Shown in pieces: positions 15,807 through 25,095 of a DNA stretch of 27,721 bases. The translations under genes were made by a program, and so were the position numbers. The first letter of the stretch is position 1. Each line of letters starts with the position of its first letter. The notes beneath the pieces are model-generated. The model searched no databases and was not told the DNA's origin. It worked only from the letters and a program-made list of their open reading frames with translations. Source of the DNA: a virus (taxonomy: Duplodnaviria; Caudoviricetes); the IMG/VR virus record IMGVR_UViG_3300032239_000181, positions 1 to 27,721 of that record; one strand, 5' to 3'.

Positions 15807-18800
15807 TTATGCCCCGTTAAGTTGTTGTTTAAGTGCGTCTACTTCTGCTTTAAGTTCTTGGATTGCTTTTACCATTGTTCCAATAAGAAAAGAAGCATCC
15901 ATTCCCTGATATTTTGGTTTTCCATCTTCATCAACTTCATCTTTAGTTCCGCTTACTGCATCTGGAAAATGCTCTTGTAATTCATGTGCAAGAAATCCTT
16001 CACCGCTTCTTTGGTTATCTTTCCATGTGTAAGTGACTGGTTTTAACAAACCAATCTTTTCAAGAGCATTTGATATTGGCGCAACATTTTCTTTTAGCCT
16101 GTAATCAGATGTGGACTGATACGCCATTACTGTGCCGTTGTAATAAATTGCGCCTACATTGGTTAAACCAGCACCCTTTGTAAAATATTGATAGTTAATA
16201 CTTGACGCACTTGTCGTATCGTTAATATGAATACCTTGTTGACCTGCTGTATTGATACGCAAAGTTTCGTTAAAACCAGTAGAAGTTGCACCACCAAGAC
16301 ATAAATAACCATTATTGGTAAAAATACCTCTAGGATTACCATCACCATCAGATAACACAATGTAGTTACTTGATGTACGGATGTCTAGACCGCCTTGGTT
16401 GCCGTTGTAGCCACCAATAATGGTGTTTTTATTTCCTGTGGTTACATTATATCCGCAAGCTGGACCAATAAATGTATTGTAAACACCAGTTGTGTTTCCT
16501 TGACCAGCGTAATACCCAACAAAAGTATTTACCGCATTTACATTAGGTGCAGAAGCATTTGAATTATAGCCAGCTTGATAACCAATAAAAGTGTTATAAA
16601 CACCATTCACATTTGAGTAACCAGCTTGATATCCAACATAAGTATGATAAGAATAAACAGTATTACTATACCCTGCTTGATAACCTACTGCTGTGTTATT
16701 AGAAGCTGTGGTGTTTGCTTGAAGTGCTTGATTACCAATAGCCACATTACTTGCACCAGTAGTATTGTTTTGCAAAGATGCAGAACCAAAAGCATTATTT
16801 CCATTACCTGAAGTATTGCTATATAAAGAATAGTCACCAACAGACACATTGTTTGCGCCAGTTGAGTTTGCTGCTGGGTTAGAAGCGTAGCCAATAGCAA
16901 CCACATCACCACCTGTTACATTCTGCGCTGCTAAATAACCTATAGCTGTTATAGAAGTAGTTGTTGATGCCGCATAAGCAGCTTTGTAACCTACCGCAGT
17001 AATACCTGTACCAGTTGTATTTGAATAAGCGGCTTGATAGCCTACTGCTGTGTTATTAGATGCGGTGGTGTTGTTTTGTAATGATGATGTTCCAAAAGCA
17101 GAATTGTTATTACCAGTTGTATTGTTATACAACGCATTGCCGCCCAATGCAGAATTAGAGTCACCGCTTGTGTTTAACCTTAATGCACTTGAACCAACAG
17201 CAGTATTATTTGATGCTGTATTAGCATTTAAAGCCGCATTACCTAAAGCTACGTTATTTGCACCTGTGCTGTTTGATGATAAAGCCGCATTTCCTAATGA
17301 TGTATTACTAGCAACAGCACCACCACCCTTACCAACAGTAAGACCTGATATTAACGCATCTGAAGATACTTGAAGTTGTACAGTAGTACCTGATGGAGTT
17401 AAACCAATACCAACTAGACCGTTAGTATCTATGCGTAGTCTTTCGCTACCGCCTGTGTACATTGTTAGTGGTAAATATGTTCCTGTGCCTGTAATACTTG
17501 CTTGAATTTGTGACTCAACTCCACTTTGTCGGATACGCATTACCGCAGTATTTGTTGGGTCACTCAAACCAAATACATCTAAAGAAGAAGCAGTGCCAGT
17601 ACCATTGGAAATGATATTTATTCGTGTTCCTGCATTTACAGTGCTTGTTTGCATTGCAACACGATTGGCATCAGTAGCATTACTAAAGTCACCACGAATA
17701 CGATTACCAGTACCAGTAAAAGTTAAATTTCCTGAATCAGAAAGACCAGCAGTAGTTAAAGTAGTACCGTCAAAAGTCATGTTGGCAGAACCGGTCAATA
17801 AACCACTTAAATTGTATTGAACTTGAGTAGTAGAACCACCGGCACCACCTACAATACTAGTAGGGTTTGTCCAAGACGGTGAAGCACTAGAACCGCCGGA
17901 AGTCATAATATAACCAGCAGTTCCAAAATTAGTTGTTCCGCTTGTTGCTGGAGTTGTACCTAAATTAGTATTTAATCCAATAGCACCTGACACATTGATT
18001 ACGTGGGCTGATTGGCCGGTAGTTCCCCAAACTAAATAATGTTTGCCGCCATTGCCTGAGCCAACACTTACATCACCGTCATGCGCTGAAAAATATACGC
18101 CATTATTAATACTAAAGAAATCAGCCGGTGTTGAAGCACTAAATACTGATGAATTCATACCAAATTCACCGTAATAAGATGAATCTGTACCTAAATCATT
18201 GCTTAATACAAAATTTGTAGAAGCACCAGCAGTCCCTGATTTGTTTTGCATTAAAACTTGTAAATAACTGCCCGAAATTGTGGCACCTATAGCCAATGGT
18301 GAATTAGAACCATTAAAAGTTAATGTTGGCGTTGTGCTAGTAACAGAACTGGTAGATAAATAAGTAAAAGCACCAGTATTTGGCGTTGTTGCACCTACTG
18401 AACCATTAATGCTAATGCTTGCAGTACCAGTTAAATTAGTAACTACACCGCTTGCTGGAGTTCCCAGGGCTGGAGTAACAAAGGTAGGGCTAGTTGCGAA
18501 TACTAATGCACCAGTACCAGTTTCATCAGTAACTGCGGCCGCTAAATTAGCAGAAGTTGGCGTTGCAAGAAATGTAGCCACACCAGTTCCAAAACCAGTA
18601 ATTGACCCTAAAGCTGGAGTAATTGTGGTATTAGTTACAGAGGTAATTTGCCCCTGTGCATTTACGGCAAATACTGGGCTTGCAGTTGCAGAACCGTAAG
18701 TTGATGCCGCTACGCCTGTATTCGTAATACTAAATACACCGGCGGCTAAAGTTAAGCCTGTACCAGCGGAATAACTTGAAGATACAGTAAAATTACTCCA

Positions 18801-19400
18801 AGTCATTGCAGTTGTACCTAATGTACCACCAGGCAATGCTGTGCAATACCAAGCAGTTCCATTTTGTGTACCGTATTCAATAAATACTACTGCACTTACA
18901 TATTGTGACCAAGTAGTAGAACCAGTTGCATAAGTCCAAGCACCAGCATTTACTTGATAAATACCATTTTTAGTATTGTCTGTTTGATTCTTAACCAATA
19001 TTGTATTGCCGGCAACTAATGCTACGCCATCAACAGTTTGAGTACCGGATAACGTAATGTTTGTAAGAGTTGCGGCAGTAACTGGGTTTTTCCAACTAAT
19101 ACCAGCGGCATATGATTGCAAAGTTAAAAAATTAACAATGTCATTTGCAGATGAAGCATTAGTGCTTATCGTGCCAGTAGTTGTTGCAAAGCTAGTAAAT
19201 GTTCCAGCGGCTGGAACTGTGCCACCAATAACAGAACTATTAATTGTGCTATTTGTTATAGTTAGGCCCGATTGAACGGGATTAGCCGATGCATAAAATG
19301 GAACGCCCTGGCCAATAAAAGTATTAAAGGACCCATCCAAATTGAAGTAGGCTTGAACTGGTAATAAATTCTGTACCGCAGAATTAGATGGGTTGGTCAT
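15807..19400 (-). CDS. Long fibre/receptor-binding protein with NTA(V/L)G beta-repeats and C-terminal S74 intramolecular chaperone
   Basis: 1197 aa, G/T/S/N-rich. ITLSG.QTVDGV...LVKNQT...NGIY module, many ~14-aa NTAVGYQA repeats, SDYRLKENV...GFLAHELQ, terminal coiled coil. Confidence 0.88.
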   Translation of the reverse strand: MTNPSNSAVQNLLPVQAYFNLDGSFNTFIGQGVPFYASANPVQSGLTITNSTINSSVIGGTVPAAGTFTSFATTTGTISTNASSANDIVNFLTLQSYAAGISWKNPVTAATLTNITLSGTQTVDGVALVAGNTILVKNQTDNTKNGIYQVNAGAWTYATGSTTWSQYVSAVVFIEYGTQNGTAWYCTALPGGTLGTTAMTWSNFTVSSSYSAGTGLTLAAGVFSITNTGVAASTYGSATASPVFAVNAQGQITSVTNTTITPALGSITGFGTGVATFLATPTSANLAAAVTDETGTGALVFATSPTFVTPALGTPASGVVTNLTGTASISINGSVGATTPNTGAFTYLSTSSVTSTTPTLTFNGSNSPLAIGATISGSYLQVLMQNKSGTAGASTNFVLSNDLGTDSSYYGEFGMNSSVFSASTPADFFSINNGVYFSAHDGDVSVGSGNGGKHYLVWGTTGQSAHVINVSGAIGLNTNLGTTPATSGTTNFGTAGYIMTSGGSSASPSWTNPTSIVGGAGGSTTQVQYNLSGLLTGSANMTFDGTTLTTAGLSDSGNLTFTGTGNRIRGDFSNATDANRVAMQTSTVNAGTRINIISNGTGTASSLDVFGLSDPTNTAVMRIRQSGVESQIQASITGTGTYLPLTMYTGGSERLRIDTNGLVGIGLTPSGTTVQLQVSSDALISGLTVGKGGGAVASNTSLGNAALSSNSTGANNVALGNAALNANTASNNTAVGSSALRLNTSGDSNSALGGNALYNNTTGNNNSAFGTSSLQNNTTASNNTAVGYQAAYSNTTGTGITAVGYKAAYAASTTTSITAIGYLAAQNVTGGDVVAIGYASNPAANSTGANNVSVGDYSLYSNTSGNGNNAFGSASLQNNTTGASNVAIGNQALQANTTASNNTAVGYQAGYSNTVYSYHTYVGYQAGYSNVNGVYNTFIGYQAGYNSNASAPNVNAVNTFVGYYAGQGNTTGVYNTFIGPACGYNVTTGNKNTIIGGYNGNQGGLDIRTSSNYIVLSDGDGNPRGIFTNNGYLCLGGATSTGFNETLRINTAGQQGIHINDTTSASSINYQYFTKGAGLTNVGAIYYNGTVMAYQSTSDYRLKENVAPISNALEKIGLLKPVTYTWKDNQRSGEGFLAHELQEHFPDAVSGTKDEVDEDGKPKYQGMDASFLIGTMVKAIQELKAEVDALKQQLNGA

Positions 19401-19409
19401 ACTTTTCCT

Positions 19410-19757
19410 TTAAGACTGGTCACCTACTGGTGTTACATATAAAGTTCCTGACGTTCCTATTGTCGTAATAGAAAACGTTTGTGGAACGGCAATAACCATT
19501 GGCATTTGCATAGAAACACCTAAAACTATTGTGTTATTTGTGCTTGCAGAAGGTAAGGCCGATACACCGGCGGTACCAACTCCATTAACTACTGGTGCAA
19601 TAGTAATAGCCACCGGAGTAGAAGCGGTATTTAAAAACGCACAATAATCCATTTGGTTGTTACCTGAAGCACTAATACTGACCGCAGTTGATGAAGAACC
19701 ACTAACCGTTATAGCGGTTGTGGGTCCAATTGGACGCAATACATTAGTAACGGCCAT
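19410..19757 (-). CDS. Small beta-rich structural protein
   Basis: T/V/S/G-rich, in the structural operon, ends LYVTPVG. Confidence 0.6.
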   Translation of the reverse strand: MAVTNVLRPIGPTTAITVSGSSSTAVSISASGNNQMDYCAFLNTASTPVAITIAPVVNGVGTAGVSALPSASTNNTIVLGVSMQMPMVIAVPQTFSITTIGTSGTLYVTPVGDQS

Positions 19758-19759
19758 GA

Positions 19760-20086
19760 TTACACCGCCGTAACTGGGGCTAGGCCTTCAAGACGAATAA
19801 CTTCAATTGTGTAAACGCCAGTAGAAGGAATTACGCCTGAACCAGTTAAATTACCAAATTGAATAGTCAATACGTTATTAGCTAAACAATCAGCTTCAGC
19901 AGTAACAATACCGGCAATTTGTGAACCTTGTAAACCAATAACATTAACAATATCAGTTGTTAGCAAGCCAGGAACGGTAAAGGTTTGTGTAGCGGTTGTA
20001 TTAGCGGCAACTGAAACTGGGGCTAATGTAGGCTGGATATAAAACGTTTCGTGGGAATTGCCACGTGTAACTGTAGTAGATGACAT
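19760..20086 (-). CDS. Small beta-rich structural protein
   Basis: Start re-placed at ATG 20086 (AAGGA SD); SVAANTT..QTFTVPGL motif. Confidence 0.65.
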   Translation of the reverse strand: MSSTTVTRGNSHETFYIQPTLAPVSVAANTTATQTFTVPGLLTTDIVNVIGLQGSQIAGIVTAEADCLANNVLTIQFGNLTGSGVIPSTGVYTIEVIRLEGLAPVTAV

Positions 20087-20125
20087 AATGATTTCCTTTA
20101 ATTGAGGATGATTAATTATAAGCTT

Positions 20126-20160
20126 AAAAAAGAAAAAAACCACCCTTTATGGGGGTGGCT
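20126..20160 (-). terminator. Rho-independent terminator after the capsid/decoration genes
   Basis: Minus strand AGCCACCC-CCATAAA-GGGTGGTT followed by TTTTTCTTTTTT. Confidence 0.85.
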
Positions 20161-20184
20161 TCCTTCATTATTTCCTAATCCCTA

Positions 20185-20607
20185 TTAAGGTAGGAAAGTT
20201 AAGTCGTAACCATAAACAAATACATCAACAGTAGCGGCCGCACCTTGTGCAGTAGCAACGTTAAAATATAAGTTTTGACCAGCTTGTGACGCAGTTGAAG
20301 CAACAGTACGTTGGCTTACTACGGTTGGACCGGTACAAGCTGACAATGCGGCGTTAGCTACGATTCCTGTACCACCAGCAGATGGTGCAGTAAACAAGCC
20401 AGCGGCGGCAGTTGTTAAGCTGATTGATGCGTTAGTTACGATAACGTTTGAAACTGAATAGCTACCGGTATCCAAAATAGGAAGAACAGTATCGCCAGTT
20501 GCATTGACGTTAACACTTTGGTAAGAAGCCAATAAACGAATAGCTTGATTAGAGCCTAATTGTATTGGGTGATTTGAAATCGTTACTGCTGGTCCTGGAT
20601 TTGCCAT
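20185..20607 (-). CDS. Probable capsid decoration/cement protein
   Basis: Immediately after the coat gene and before the terminator (co-expressed at high level); A/T/V-rich beta protein with AAGGA SD. Confidence 0.6.
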   Translation of the reverse strand: MANPGPAVTISNHPIQLGSNQAIRLLASYQSVNVNATGDTVLPILDTGSYSVSNVIVTNASISLTTAAAGLFTAPSAGGTGIVANAALSACTGPTVVSQRTVASTASQAGQNLYFNVATAQGAAATVDVFVYGYDLTFLP

Positions 20608-20634
20608 GATTTTATTTCCTTAAATTTAGTTTAA

Positions 20635-21876
20635 TTACGATGCGATACGGCAAGCAAGTTCAGGGTACAAAGGTGCCCAACCATATAGAACGTCCAAACG
20701 AGTTGGAATACTATCATTGTTAATGGTATATTGGCGGACCACACGGATTGACAATCCAATTTCTGAATCACTCGCACGGCCAGCAAAATGAACGCCTTCA
20801 GGCAATTCTAAGTCAGCACAAGCTAATGTAAATGCATTTTTGTGCATTAATATGTTTTGTGCAGAAACTACGCCGGTGTTGTTGAATGGAGTAACAGTTT
20901 GTGAACCAGTTGATGTAATGCTAACGTTTTGGAATTGACCAGCAGTAATAACGGCCGGTACAACAGTAACAGTAGCAGTACCACCGGAACCAATTGCAGT
21001 TGTAGATTGAACTACGAATGAACGCAATTTGTTACCGTAAGTTTGACGGTTTTGTGGGTTAACTGCATAAACGCCAGCGATAGTAAATGTATCACCTTGG
21101 TTTAATGTAGCGGCCGCAGAAGTGGCACCTACAGTAATTGCGCTTGAATAAGCCCAACCACTTGATAAGAAGCCAGTTGCAGTTGTCACGTTACATGACA
21201 ATGTTGCAGTTGCATAGCTACCAAATGTTTGTGAAACAACGTTTTGGTCCATCAGCCAGTTCATACCACCTGAATCACGCCCCATGAGGCCTTTAGTGTA
21301 TTGGCTAGAAATCTTGTCATTAGGAACAAACAAACCTTTTAAACTATCAACAATCGTTGCAGAAGTAAACGGCTCAACAACTACAGAACGGCGGCCATCA
21401 CGTGGTGCACCTTCAGAGTCAAGATAAGCGGCGGCAGTTAGGTAAGTAATCAAACCGGTAGGCGCAGTACCAGCGGTACCAACGATATTAGCGGTATTGT
21501 TCTTAGCCATAATTAAACCGTCACGGTCCATTTTATTGGCAATAGTTGCAATTGCTGGCTTTAATACACGGTCGCTAAACATATCAAGGCTTAATGCCAA
21601 ATCTTGTGTAGTGAACTGAGTTGAAACTTGGAATTGCGTGGATAGTGTTACAGGTACCGATGTTTCGTTGAAATCTTCAACTACTAACTGGGGACCTACT
21701 GCACCAAGGAAGCGTCCAGGACGTCTTACATTAACGGTCTGACCAATCTTTGCGCCAACTACGGCAAACTGGTCATCATAGTTGCGGTCAACGCCGCCGG
21801 TGAATGTTAATTCGTTTTCTAAAACCATCAAAGCTTCGTTTGTGATTTTTGAAATCGTTAATAAATTATTACTCAT
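20635..21876 (-). CDS. Major capsid protein, P22 gp5 family
   Basis: N.LLTISKITNEALMVLEN, KIGQTVNVRRP, GDTFTIAGV.AVNP, RLDVLYGW..LYPE.A motifs. Confidence 0.95.
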   Translation of the reverse strand: MSNNLLTISKITNEALMVLENELTFTGGVDRNYDDQFAVVGAKIGQTVNVRRPGRFLGAVGPQLVVEDFNETSVPVTLSTQFQVSTQFTTQDLALSLDMFSDRVLKPAIATIANKMDRDGLIMAKNNTANIVGTAGTAPTGLITYLTAAAYLDSEGAPRDGRRSVVVEPFTSATIVDSLKGLFVPNDKISSQYTKGLMGRDSGGMNWLMDQNVVSQTFGSYATATLSCNVTTATGFLSSGWAYSSAITVGATSAAATLNQGDTFTIAGVYAVNPQNRQTYGNKLRSFVVQSTTAIGSGGTATVTVVPAVITAGQFQNVSITSTGSQTVTPFNNTGVVSAQNILMHKNAFTLACADLELPEGVHFAGRASDSEIGLSIRVVRQYTINNDSIPTRLDVLYGWAPLYPELACRIAS

Positions 21877-21910
21877 GATATATCCTTAAAAATTAAATTA
21901 GGTTTAACCT

Positions 21911-22831
21911 TTATCTAATCTTCCCAGCTAACCGGCCAGCTTTCCATTGTTGAAATGATAGTTTTTCACCATCCATTGCAACATCAGCTACGCCACCAGT
22001 TGACCTTAAAGGACGAATAGGTTCAGGTGCATTAGACTTCGCCGCAACAGTTTTTCTTTCAGCTTTAGGTGGTTCTTCAGTTTTTTCAAACCTAGCTTCC
22101 AACTTCCCAATAAGTTTTAATGCACTAGAGGTAGTCATAGTTGATAGCTTTTCAGCCATTTCATCATCGCTGGCAATTTCATATAGGATTCTTGGTCCTA
22201 CATCGCTTTCGATAATTGCATCCCGGACCGTATCGTTAACCTTTACCGTACTTGATGCCACCATGTCTTCATAATCAGAAAATTCAGCTTTAGTTGTTTC
22301 TAGCTTTTCTTGCCACGTTTTAATAACCGTGTTTCGTTTAGCTTCAACTTCTTTTTGCTTTACTTCCTGTTCACGCCTTGCTAATGCATTTTCCGCTGAC
22401 CAACTTGCTAATGCTTCTGCATATTCAAAAGCATCTTTAAAATCGTCCGGCGTTGGCTTTCGATTGTCTTGAGGTTCGGCTTGCACCGGGACCTTATTAC
22501 TTTCTAATGCCACTAAACGTTTTTCTAATTCTTCGGCCCTGGACTCTGCTTCTTTACGTGCCCTGGTTAATTCAGAAAAACGCTTTTCTAACTTTGGGTT
22601 TTGCTTCTTTTCTTCTGTTCCGGTCGCTTCATCTTCCGCTAATTTCGGTTCACTCTGTCCTTTTTTGGCCGCTGGCTCTGAAGGATTTTCATCAACTTCA
22701 GCCTCAGTTGGGCTAGATTCGGAAGCTAAACTTAATTTATTAGCATTGAAATCCGCTAAATTTTCACTTGTTACAATTGTTCCAGCCTGTTTAGACTGGT
22801 CTGTTACTTGTGCATCTTGTGTTTCTAGCAT
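21911..22831 (-). CDS. Scaffolding protein
   Basis: Acidic coiled-coil protein between portal and coat; KRFSELT, P.PDDF, APEPI.PL motifs. Confidence 0.85.
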   Translation of the reverse strand: MLETQDAQVTDQSKQAGTIVTSENLADFNANKLSLASESSPTEAEVDENPSEPAAKKGQSEPKLAEDEATGTEEKKQNPKLEKRFSELTRARKEAESRAEELEKRLVALESNKVPVQAEPQDNRKPTPDDFKDAFEYAEALASWSAENALARREQEVKQKEVEAKRNTVIKTWQEKLETTKAEFSDYEDMVASSTVKVNDTVRDAIIESDVGPRILYEIASDDEMAEKLSTMTTSSALKLIGKLEARFEKTEEPPKAERKTVAAKSNAPEPIRPLRSTGGVADVAMDGEKLSFQQWKAGRLAGKIR

Positions 22832-22852
22832 GGTTATTATCCAAGAATTGAC

Positions 22853-22915
22853 CCTATGAATACACCATAGGTAGTGTTGTTAAGTAATCTTAATACTATA
22901 TCTAGTGTTTTGCAA
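22853..22915 (-). promoter_or_regulatory. Promoter and 5'-leader hairpin of the scaffold-coat transcript
   Basis: Minus TTGCAA(22915-22910)-17-TAAGAT(22892-22887); hairpin CCTATG/CATAGG at 22853-22871. Confidence 0.55.
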
Positions 22916-25093
22916 CTATTGCATTGGTTGTTGTTGTTCTTGTTGTGGCATTTGTTGCATTTGTTGTGGGGGTGGCGGCATCATTTGTTGCATATTGTCC
23001 TGGATACTTTGCGTAGCCTGGTCAATAAAGCCATATTGTTCCCTGTTCCTAGCTTGGATTTCACGTTCTAAACGTGCCGTATCCATGTGGCCTAAGATTA
23101 ATTGCATCAATGCATCAATTTCTGTCTTGTTTTGTGTGGTAACAGAACGGGTATTTTGGTCATGAAGTTTAACTTCTGCGGCCAATACTGCCCGGCGGTC
23201 TTCACCAACTTGACGAACTTGTTCAACATCCTGACGGTTTTTAATAACCATAGCCATTTGTTGGATTTGTTGTTGCATTGCTTGTATTTGTTGCTGGCTA
23301 TTAGCCAATTGCATTTGAACTTGAGGCGGTATTTCTGATTTAGCATCAATTTGTGCCAATGGGTTAACTGATGCCAATCGGTCTGCAATGACTTCTGCAC
23401 CAGGGAAATCCATATTTCTAAAGATTAAATCACCGGCTTGTTGCATTAGATTAGGGTCGGCGGCCAATAATGACATCATTGAATCTACGGCTTCCTGACG
23501 TTTCGTGTTGTAACCTGGGCCAGTTTGCATGACTACGTCATACTCGCCAACAGTTACATCATTCAATATCATTTCAATGCCGTTTTCATCTTTTTGACCA
23601 GTTTTCTGATTAATAGTTGTTAATTCAGGTTTACCATCATCCCCAATAATCCGCATAACACGTTCAGCAGAATAAATCTTAGGTATTAAATCAAGAATAA
23701 TACGGCCAGTATGGGCAATAGAACGGGTCAAATTGTCGTAATAGTGGAAGTTGGTCATGTCTATTTGACCTTGCTGACCTTGCAATGCTTTGCCGCTAAT
23801 GTTGCCTTGTGGAAGTTGATTAGGGTCAAATATGCCTACTACGGCTTGTAAATCTTGAGTAATGGATTGTGCGGCGGCCATAATAGCGGCTGGCGGTTGT
23901 TCCGGAACCTGACGTATTGGTGGCGGTGCTGGCTGGCCATTAATATCTGTTTGCTTGTAACGCAGATAAGCATAAGACGTATTGTTGGCACTAGCCCATT
24001 CTTGTTCATGGTTTTCGTCTTGGCCTTCTGCCATTATCCATTTAGCCCTGGGTGCCAAGGCAACGGATTCAGTCATGGATGTTTGCCAAAAGTTATACAT
24101 ACGTTGTGGGTCTTTTGCCATACGTACCAGGCCAAACTTCTTACGTTTGTTATCCACTACGCATTGTTGGCCATAAGTTGGCACAATTGGTATATATTTA
24201 CCGGCCCATGTGCCTTCTTCAAGCACTTCCATTGCCGTTAATTTGCACCATTTAATGGATTTTTTAAAGGTTTTACGCTTGCTTACTTCATAAATCCCGG
24301 CAACATCTAATACTTCAGCATCCGGCAATTCGTCTTCATAAACCGTAGTTCCATCAGATAAAAGAACTAAATGAGTGCTAACAATACGAGTATAAAAGTA
24401 TTCAGCTATTCGAATATCGTTCTTTGTTACCCATTCACTATTGCTATCACCTGTGCCACGGGCAGAAAAGTTACCGCCATCATCAGCATCAGGGTACATC
24501 TTTCTAAAGCTTTCTTTAGACATCACAACAGTAATCAAGCATTTTTCAGCATCTGACCCGTCCGGTGCTACTGAATTGGGGTCAAAGTAAACGGTAAATG
24601 GATTATCAATTGGCTTAATGTATATTTCTTGGTCAAATGAATCAGGACGTACATAATCAGTCGTAACACGCCAATAGCCCCAGCCCATACGTACTGCAAA
24701 ATCATAGGCGGTGTCATAAGCATAATCAGCGTTGGAATTTACTTCTACGTGCCGGCATATGCCTGTAATAATTTCTGCCATCTTGGCATCTGTTTCATTA
24801 TTCATGCCTTGGCAACTAATTCTAGGCCGTTGCTGACGTTGTTGATTGGTTATTTGACGTACATACGCATCAATTTTATTAATGGTTAAACAGGGTCTAG
24901 CTTCCAAATTACGGCTATTTTGTATTTCTACTGGCCATTGGTCACCGGCGGCAAACTTAACGTCATCTAAAGCTTCTGCCCGATTAGTTGTGTCAGCTTC
25001 GGCCGCATTTCTTAAAAATTCGATTGCTTCTGAAATTCTTGAATCGCCATCACCATCAGCGTAATCAACTTTGTCATCATAATAACCAGCCAT
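22916..25093 (-). CDS. Portal protein, P22 gp1 family
   Basis: GDQW, RPCLTINKI, G.GYWRV..DY, VYFDP, KYIPIVP, KDPQRMYN, SGKAL, G.YDV....GP.Y.TKRQEA motifs; long Q-rich C-terminal barrel. Confidence 0.95.
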   Translation of the reverse strand: MAGYYDDKVDYADGDGDSRISEAIEFLRNAAEADTTNRAEALDDVKFAAGDQWPVEIQNSRNLEARPCLTINKIDAYVRQITNQQRQQRPRISCQGMNNETDAKMAEIITGICRHVEVNSNADYAYDTAYDFAVRMGWGYWRVTTDYVRPDSFDQEIYIKPIDNPFTVYFDPNSVAPDGSDAEKCLITVVMSKESFRKMYPDADDGGNFSARGTGDSNSEWVTKNDIRIAEYFYTRIVSTHLVLLSDGTTVYEDELPDAEVLDVAGIYEVSKRKTFKKSIKWCKLTAMEVLEEGTWAGKYIPIVPTYGQQCVVDNKRKKFGLVRMAKDPQRMYNFWQTSMTESVALAPRAKWIMAEGQDENHEQEWASANNTSYAYLRYKQTDINGQPAPPPIRQVPEQPPAAIMAAAQSITQDLQAVVGIFDPNQLPQGNISGKALQGQQGQIDMTNFHYYDNLTRSIAHTGRIILDLIPKIYSAERVMRIIGDDGKPELTTINQKTGQKDENGIEMILNDVTVGEYDVVMQTGPGYNTKRQEAVDSMMSLLAADPNLMQQAGDLIFRNMDFPGAEVIADRLASVNPLAQIDAKSEIPPQVQMQLANSQQQIQAMQQQIQQMAMVIKNRQDVEQVRQVGEDRRAVLAAEVKLHDQNTRSVTTQNKTEIDALMQLILGHMDTARLEREIQARNREQYGFIDQATQSIQDNMQQMMPPPPQQMQQMPQQEQQQPMQ

Positions 25094-25095
25094 AT

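Noticed and set aside
15807-17330. Diversity-generating retroelement or invertible tail-fibre cassette
   Set aside because: No reverse transcriptase or invertase, no TR/VR pair with adenine-specific differences, no flanking inverted repeats seen.
20115-20120. Perfect TATAAT on the minus strand right after the terminator
   Set aside because: No -35 or TG extension and AT-rich context; cannot support a promoter call.
22916-23000. CAA/ATG-rich low-complexity repeat
   Set aside because: Explained by the Gln/Met/Pro-rich portal C-terminal tail; not a separate repeat element.
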